Below are positions 46,820-53,759 of a stretch of 53,759 nucleotides of DNA, piece by piece. Source of the stretch: Nemertoderma westbladi (lineage: Eukaryota > Animalia > Xenacoelomorpha); contig JAUCBJ010007288.1 in assembly GCA_032718475.1 (NCBI GenBank), forward strand, positions 1 through 53,759. The letters run 5' to 3'. The notes beneath the pieces are model-generated. The model had not been told where the DNA came from. It did not search any database and saw only the letters and a list, made by a program, of their open reading frames with translations. The first letter of the stretch is position 1. Each line of letters begins with the position of its first letter. Made by a program: the position numbers and the translations under genes.

Positions 46820-47277
46820 TATAATATAATCGGCCTGCTGCATTGAAGCTGCACATTAATTTGATATGCTATGCTAACTTAACGAAAATATTTTGCCACC
46901 GCCATGCAATCCACAATTGGCAAGACCAATGCAACGTGCATTAATAATGCTATGACAGCTTGTCAACAAAGTCGCACCGCCACAACTCCTTATCCACCAC
47001 GACTTTCACGAGATTATCCGCATCTTCAAGGCCAGTGTCCTTTAAGAGGCGTCTCAAGACGTCATGGGCTGTCAAGTGCCCTGCCCACCACGCTTATTTC
47101 CTCCATGGAGATGAAAAAGCGCAAGATTATGCACTGGCTGGTACTCACGGCGAAAATAATATCTATCCTGCAAAGCGGAAGCGGCTTTGTTCAAGTGTCA
47201 AGCTTGGGGGAACCAATGAGACACCTATAATAATGTTATATAGTGTCTGATTGGTGATGTGTGAATTGTACTTGACA
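46820..47277 (-). mobile_element. Second, more decayed RTE-like 3' fragment
   Basis: Colinear with about 40672-41020. Confidence 0.8.
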
Positions 47278-47779
47278 AAAGTAAAACCAGCTGCCACATA
47301 AAAATGTTTATCATATTCAATCAAAAGCATCACAAATCGGGATCCCGTTGCAGTACTAATCAGTCGTACTCCCTTTATTCGTCAACCTTATACTAATTTG
47401 TTGGAAAGCTGGCCATGCACAAGGATACCAAGTATGTAAAATATAAAACCAAATTTGGCTGGGAGATAGCTGAGATATGGGCATTCAAAAATGGCATGTA
47501 TTTAATTCCGCTGCAGGCCATTTATTATATTTAAGCGTTTTTTCAAACGCTTGTAGCTAAAGAATGAAAGCAAAAATAAAAATTCTGGCTCACCCAGTAA
47601 GGAGGAGGTAGATGAAACTATCTATGTTTCAAATTTCATGTAATTTCATTAAGATTTGTAGAAAGAAATTGAGGGCACGTCGTGTCACACTGAAATTTTG
47701 AAGGATTTTATTGAATGATTGATAAGATTATTGCAGATCGGGGAGTGCCCCCCCCCCCCCCCCCTGTCTAGATTATTGA

Positions 47780-48239
47780 TAGGGATGTGTCAAGAAATGT
47801 AAGGAAATTTCCTAAACATTTTTCCGAGAATTTCCTATTTTATTGATTTATTATAAAAAAGTTTTAATAAGTTTTTTTCCCTTAATAGTCAATATTTACA
47901 TATTTAATTGCATAAAATACCGTAGTAATACGATTGAACTAAAATTGTGATTGCGACTTTGTGTTTTGTCAATTTCATTTTCAACTAGAGGTTTTATATT
48001 GAACGCAATTTTCGGAAAGTGATACATTTTCAATAAACTGCTATTTTGCCAGTTTATTTATACACATTCTCAATACACGTGGGAAAACACATAAAGAGTA
48101 AACACTAGAAACAAGTAATTCCTGCTTAGTTGTGTTGAGGTAGTTCGTTGTCTTGGCTCTAGTGGTCGTAACTACGGGTGAAGTATACTTTTCCGGAAAT
48201 TTTCTTCAACAACGTATTTCCGGAAAACTTACACCCCTA
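47780..48239. mobile_element. Small hAT-like MITE
   Basis: TAGGGATGT...ACACCCCTA ends; partial TSD ATTATTGA/GTGATTGA. Confidence 0.45.
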
Positions 48240-48942
48240 GTGATTGATGAAGGATATTGATTCGATTGATTTCCATGAGAATGAATTTCATTCATTAAAT
48301 TTATTAAATATATACTTGAATGTCTATTTAATAATATATATCTATATAAATAATAGACATACTTGTTGCTTTTTATTAAATATTATATTATAAACGTTTT
48401 TATGTGGCAACGATTCAGTCAGATTGCAGTAGATTGTAAATATATTAAAAATGTTTCAGAAATTAAAAAAGTATGTGAAATGAAATACGTACATGGTAAA
48501 TAAACTACATCTGTGGACCATTTGTAAAAAATCAGTGAACATTTTTACATATCGTATCTAGGCATTTTTTAGTACAAGAGATTACTTGAAAGTATTTTTT
48601 ACCCCTATAAAGAGGGCATGCGAGATACCCTTTTTAAGTTTTGGATGAGTATGGCCGTAATAAAATTAACAATCCCGCTCCCGAAAATCGGGATCCCGAC
48701 AGTTGCAATCCCAATCCCGATCCCGAATCCCGACAATTGTGGATCCCGATCTCGTTGCAACACTAGTTATAGTTGGTGTGATAGCAAGCACTGTACCATG
48801 GAACCCAATGTCAATTGTTAATGTTAAAAATGGTTGACGGTAATGAACACCTGCGGTTGTATTTCTGTTCTAGTAGATTATTAATCGACTCATTTAATAC
48901 GTAACCTTTATTTGTATAAGTTATTAATAAATAATGTTTTAG

Positions 48943-49161
48943 ATGACAAGTTGTCTGGATTCGTATCGACCTCGGATTGTTCGAAGAAACTAAAAGATGT
49001 CCAACATGCCGAGTCGACCAACATTCTCGACGAGTCAGCTATAACCATGCTGTCAGTAAACTCTGAGATTCTAAGTTCGAGTCGCGTCAGTCAACCAGCC
49101 GATACTATCAACGATTCTATGGCCTCGTTTCTACACCACGAACTCAATCTATTGGATTCCA
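48943..49161 (+). CDS. CEP295: CEP295-like gene, probable third coding exon
   Basis: Acceptor GTTTTAG, phase 1 matching the previous donor; DDKLSGFVST...ELNLLDS. Ends either at weak donor GTTCGT (49162) or at the stop at 49178. No ALMS motif seen in the window. Confidence 0.6.
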
Positions 49162-49394
49162 GTTCGTTACTTACTTGATATTAGATTTACTTTAATTCTA
49201 TACTTTTATTTTTTACTATGATACTAAATCTACTTGATATTTAAGTTTTTGTGTCGTTATTTGCTGCACTATGAGGAAAAACTTAGATCCACATTCAGTT
49301 GTGATTAATATTGTGTTGTAAAGGTTACGCTACGGGTACCTCCCTTTTCTGTAAAGTATTCTAAGGATTCAATTTATTTGCTATCATCAATATG

Positions 49395-49745
49395 TATACT
49401 TGCAAGACCTTGTGGGGCGAGCCACGAAGTGAGCGAAGCCTTACCATATGGGGGTGCCATTGGCGAGTTGTCTGTCGTCGTCGTCTGTCGTCGAAATTTT
49501 TGATCGCTAATAACTCGGTTATTCCTTGATGAAATTAAACGAAACTTGGTATGTATGTAGTCCGTCAAAAGTTTAGAAAGAATCTGAAGTTTCGTCAAAC
49601 GAACGAACGCAACGAGGCACAAGAGGAGGACGAGTATTGTGTTAAAGACTTCTGACTAACCGCATACAACTCGTTAATGGTGCCCATATGCTAAAGGCTT
49701 TGCTCACTTCGTGCTGCGCGAAGGCCCCACGAACGTGTACTGAGT
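49395..49745 (+). mobile_element. Helentron-associated / DINE-1-like non-autonomous element
   Basis: GAA-loop hairpin GCGAGCCACGAAGTGAGCGAAGCC, (GTC/GTCT)n microsatellite, AAACTTGGTATG, terminal CGTGCTGCGCGAAGGCCCC; related inverted end at 53546-53580. Confidence 0.5.
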
Positions 49746-51984
49746 ACTGTATGTACACTGTACACGTGTACAGTATTATCCCCCATGTAATGTACCTGGG
49801 CACTGTGGGCAGTGCCCATGGGTGTAAATTTTCCCAATTCCCAAATAACTTGTCCGTCCGCACTTCTCCGTGTAATGTACCTACCTACCGTTAGAACCGT
49901 CGGTAATCTGTCTATAACTGCTGGCCGTCACCATGGTCACCTTCACGTATAATGCATTAATCTCACTATATAAGTTTATTGACCTCACTATTAGCACTGG
50001 GTTTTTTTAACCATTAGCAGCATTGGAGACGGGGGAGGGGTGCTCCATACCAATCAGAATCAATAAAATAAGCCCAAACATAAACAATTACGAAGACACG
50101 AATGACCTTGTAAAATTCGAAAATTTCAAAATAAAATTACACCATGTCACAGAATAGTGTCGTAATTAAATTAATTAAATGTATGAATAGCTACGTAATA
50201 GTATGATTAAAGATGTAATGCATTGTTACCCAGCTACGTATTTGGATAAACAAAATATTCCATATTATGATGCATTTATTAAATAGAATAAAACCATGCA
50301 AGATTTGAACGCCCATATCTCAGCTATTTTACAACGAAATTCAAATTGCGTTACATATTTGAAATCCCTGCAGGGCCAGCTTTCCATTGGTACCAACAAA
50401 CAGCTATAAGGTAGAAGAATAACTGCGGTGTAACTGGTGTAAAAAAATTGTAGAAAAACTAGGGGGGGGGGGGGGGGCGTGTCACTAAATTACGACACTA
50501 TATTCTGGGACATGGTGTATGCTGAGGACCAAATTTTGAGGTGGAACCCACATCGATAAGTAGAAATCAATTACAACGCTGTTTTTTGCAAAAGATGCGC
50601 CATTAATTTGGCTAATTCTCATAAAAAATTGGGCAGGTGCATAATGTAGTTGCATAGTTACAGCAATTAAAAACTAGGGGGCCGATTCGCCCCCCCCCCC
50701 CCCCCCCCCCACCCCCAGTGCTAATAGGGTTATAGATACGTGAAATCGTTTCCGGAATATACAACATACCCGCAGCTCGCAGGTTAATGTATTTCATGTT
50801 TCGAATTAACTGTAAAACTTGTATAAAAAAAGAACACCACTGAATTCTGATGTAACAGGTAAATAATTATCAGAGTTTCGTAAATATTATTTTTATATTT
50901 TAATTTAATCCCAGAAATTTAGATGTACTATTTACTATTTCATAATAATTTGCCTTTTATATGAAGTTTTTTTATCCTATTTGCAATGTGTTTGTAATTG
51001 AAGATTGTTTTATTATTTAATTTAATAATAATTTAGTATTAATCTTAACAAAAATATCCAACCGCACCCGCACATCCTGCATATCCAATGAATTCCGCAC
51101 CAATTATTACATTATTAGTAATATTATGTAGCCGCACCTTAGGATCTCTTTCTAAATGAGTATGTAATGTTTTGGGTAGAAGTTGGTGATTAATGTTTGC
51201 ATTATTTGCATATTGAATAATATACTAATATTATTTAATTAATAGAAATACACCGCGCCATAACTTTCCACAACCAAACAGTAAATCTCTATGATATTAA
51301 TGGTTTTTATTATGGTTTATTTATATTTTTGTGAAATTTTAGAGAATATATTCTGAAACTTTTGAAAAACCTCATTACAAATATAAAGTTATGAATAAAT
51401 GTAACCGATTTCTACCGGGAAGGGACGACACCCAGTGTAGCCACAGGATTGCAGAATAAGCGCCTCGTAAACCCAGCTCAATTATTTGTGGGTTGCATTT
51501 TCTACTGCAATTACTATTGCTTTCGTTTCGGATTTTGCATTTTTAGTATTAAATTAATTTAGTGGATTTGATATTTACTTCCACTTTTCCTTTCGTTTAT
51601 AAAATATATATAATTCTTTACTAGTTTGTTGATTGTAATGTAGAGGCTACTTATTTTTCTAAATTCCGTTTGTAAATTGTGTATATAAAATATACATTAG
51701 TCATTATATAGGCCAACATTCACCATATATATATTGTAGTAATTTATGGTATTATTTTCTAGCCTATTAATGTGTTGTACTATTTGTAATTTAGTACCAG
51801 TTTGGTGTCTTCATTATTACATTAGCTACATTTTTTATTATATTTTATTTTGAATTTTGCATTAAAGTTCATTTACAAACAAATAGTTGTTATTTTAAAA
51901 TGAAGGAGGGTGGAGGATGATTAAACCCATTTTCCCGGTAACAACTAAAGTATTTACATATATTTTCAACTACACACATGTTAA

Positions 51985-52205
51985 GGCCATGATACACCAC
52001 AGGAGCGGCGAGCGGCAGCGGCCGCGGCAAGCGGCCATTTTTTAAAAATAGAACACATTATTTTCTATGGGTGATGATACACCACAAATGGCTGCTGCCG
52101 CTCGCCGCTCCTATATTGTATCATACTAAAAGTCGGCGCTCATATCGGCCGCTCGCCGCGGCCGCTCGCCGCTGCCGCTCGCCGCTCCTGTGGTGTATCA
52201 TGGCC
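51985..52205. mobile_element. Harbinger-like MITE
   Basis: Perfect long TIR GGCCATGATACACCACAGGAGCGGCGAGCGGCAGCGG; TTAA on both flanks. Confidence 0.8.
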
Positions 52206-52677
52206 TTAAATAATTATTACTTTAAATGGGATGCGCTTGACAAAATATATTTTAAATTGTTCCATTTAATTGGTAATTAATTACTTTTTTTGCTAAATTT
52301 AATTAGCACTTCACAGTGCTGATTCGAGTGTTTCGTAGATTACTGAGCAGGTTAAGGCCCGTTTCCACGCTGCTTTTAGTTAGAAAAAATTGTAGAAATC
52401 AATTCTTCATGTTGAATCTGAGTATTTTAGAATGTTTAAACCTAAAATTTAGAATAAAGCTCCAAAAAAAAACTTGAAAATGAGGTCAACAAAGAGCTGG
52501 GTGGAATTTTGAAACTATTACGATTTAATAAATTAGTGGTGGTATGAATATCAATGTTCTAAAAATTAAATTTAATCTGGAGGTTTTTAAGCACAAACTT
52601 TTATAGTCCTATGTAAGCACAAACAGTTGAATAGGCCTAGGGCTTATAGCTAATACTGTAGATCTTTGATCGCAAAG

Positions 52678-52850
52678 ATGACTACCGAGAAAGGTAAAGG
52701 TTGGACAAGAGATTATGAAATTAAATTAGCTGAAGAGTTATTGAACTTTACAAACTTGTGGAGAATATCACATCCACATTATATGAAAGAACCCTATAAA
52801 AACCGCTCTTAAAGTATTATTATTGAAAATCTTGGAGGGGAGTATTCTCG
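52678..52850 (+). pseudogene. MADF/Myb-SANT-like domain remnant, probably from a PIF/Harbinger element
   Basis: MTTEKGKGWTRDYEIKLAEELLNFTNLWRISHPHYMKR, then frameshift and stop (..KNRS*SIIIENLGGEYS); Harbinger-like end TAA|GGCCCGTTTCCAC at 52356. Confidence 0.6.
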
Positions 52851-53759
52851 GGAATTACATCAAATTATAAATTGAAATTCTAAGGGACTATTTTAGTTGG
52901 CAAATGGTTAAGACCCCTATATTCTAGAACGCAAATGAAAGCTAATAAAATTAGAATCGCTTCTACCCTTACATACACCCCCACATATACCCACACATAC
53001 ACCCCCACATACGTTATGTGAACGTACATTTACCTACATTTGAGGACGAGCGCAACGAGGAAACATTGGAATAATTATCTCGGAATAATTAATATATAAT
53101 TGCCGGGCGAGCCGCTAAGTTATCCAGCTTAGCTTAACGATACAATTTATATTTGTATATCAATCGTTAGGTCGGTTGGTGTTTGCCTGTAGGGTCGAAC
53201 TCTCTGTCGGTATAATATTTGATCACCTAGGCCTACTTATTTATTTGCTAGTCCCAATTTTCTTCAACTGAAGCTTGGTTGTAGGAAGGATGTATGAGAA
53301 ACGGGTTACAATAGTGAGACTTCTACAACCAGGAGGCCTTATAACATACTAATCTCAAGCAGTCTTTGATTGGACGATTAAAATATTTGAATATTTCAAC
53401 CAATAAGAAACGGCTTGAATTAGGTTGTTCTAATGACAAATAATAAAAGGCATTAGAGAGCGATAATTTAAAGTTCTCATCATTGTAGATATTATCGGGA
53501 CATTTTAAAAGTACAGGCGGTAGCAAGACTAAGCAGCTTGTAAGTACTACACGTTCGTGGGGCCTTCGCGCAGCACGAGGTCCAGTTATGAGATACAAAT
53601 TAAAATTAAGCGACTGTATCACAAAATCAGGTTTTGAGAAATTTACCCACACCACCAATCAATCAAAGAAAGGGGGACAGTACGTGTTCACCCCTTTTAA
53701 TCCCCCCCCCCCCCCCCCCCCCCACCCTTCTCAACCACCAATACATAACCGTGACATCT

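Larger units (their letters stand above)
45214..47358. mobile_element. Composite hAT-like element inserted in an older inverted-repeat element
   Basis: Ends TAGTGTTGCAACGGGATC / GATCCCGTTGCAGTACTA; outer inverted arms at about 45122-45182 and 47535-47592; a related end at about 48680-48764. Confidence 0.55.

Overview
AT-rich, repeat-dense invertebrate (metazoan) nuclear DNA with spliceosomal genes. Minus strand: the 5' exons of a FANCJ/BRIP1 helicase (gene runs off the left end); an intronless UBE2E-like ORF lacking the catalytic cysteine, which ends only 95 nt before the FANCJ ATG; and a complete 3-exon glycine N-methyltransferase (GNMT) whose first donor site is amplified into a 29-bp tandem array. 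The middle holds a foldback element, three stacked APE-type LINEs (one with a 2A/StopGo peptide and PHD finger) and a 62-bp satellite. Plus strand: a CEP295/Ana1 centriole gene whose upstream DNA and first 530 codons are tandemly triplicated (2936-bp unit), giving two extra N-terminal-only ORFs. Introns carry nested hAT, Harbinger, RTE, SINE and Helentron-like elements. The best candidates for something new are the pseudo-E2/FANCJ pair and the nascent N-terminal CEP295 duplicates. Family calls come from my recall of motifs, not from database searches.
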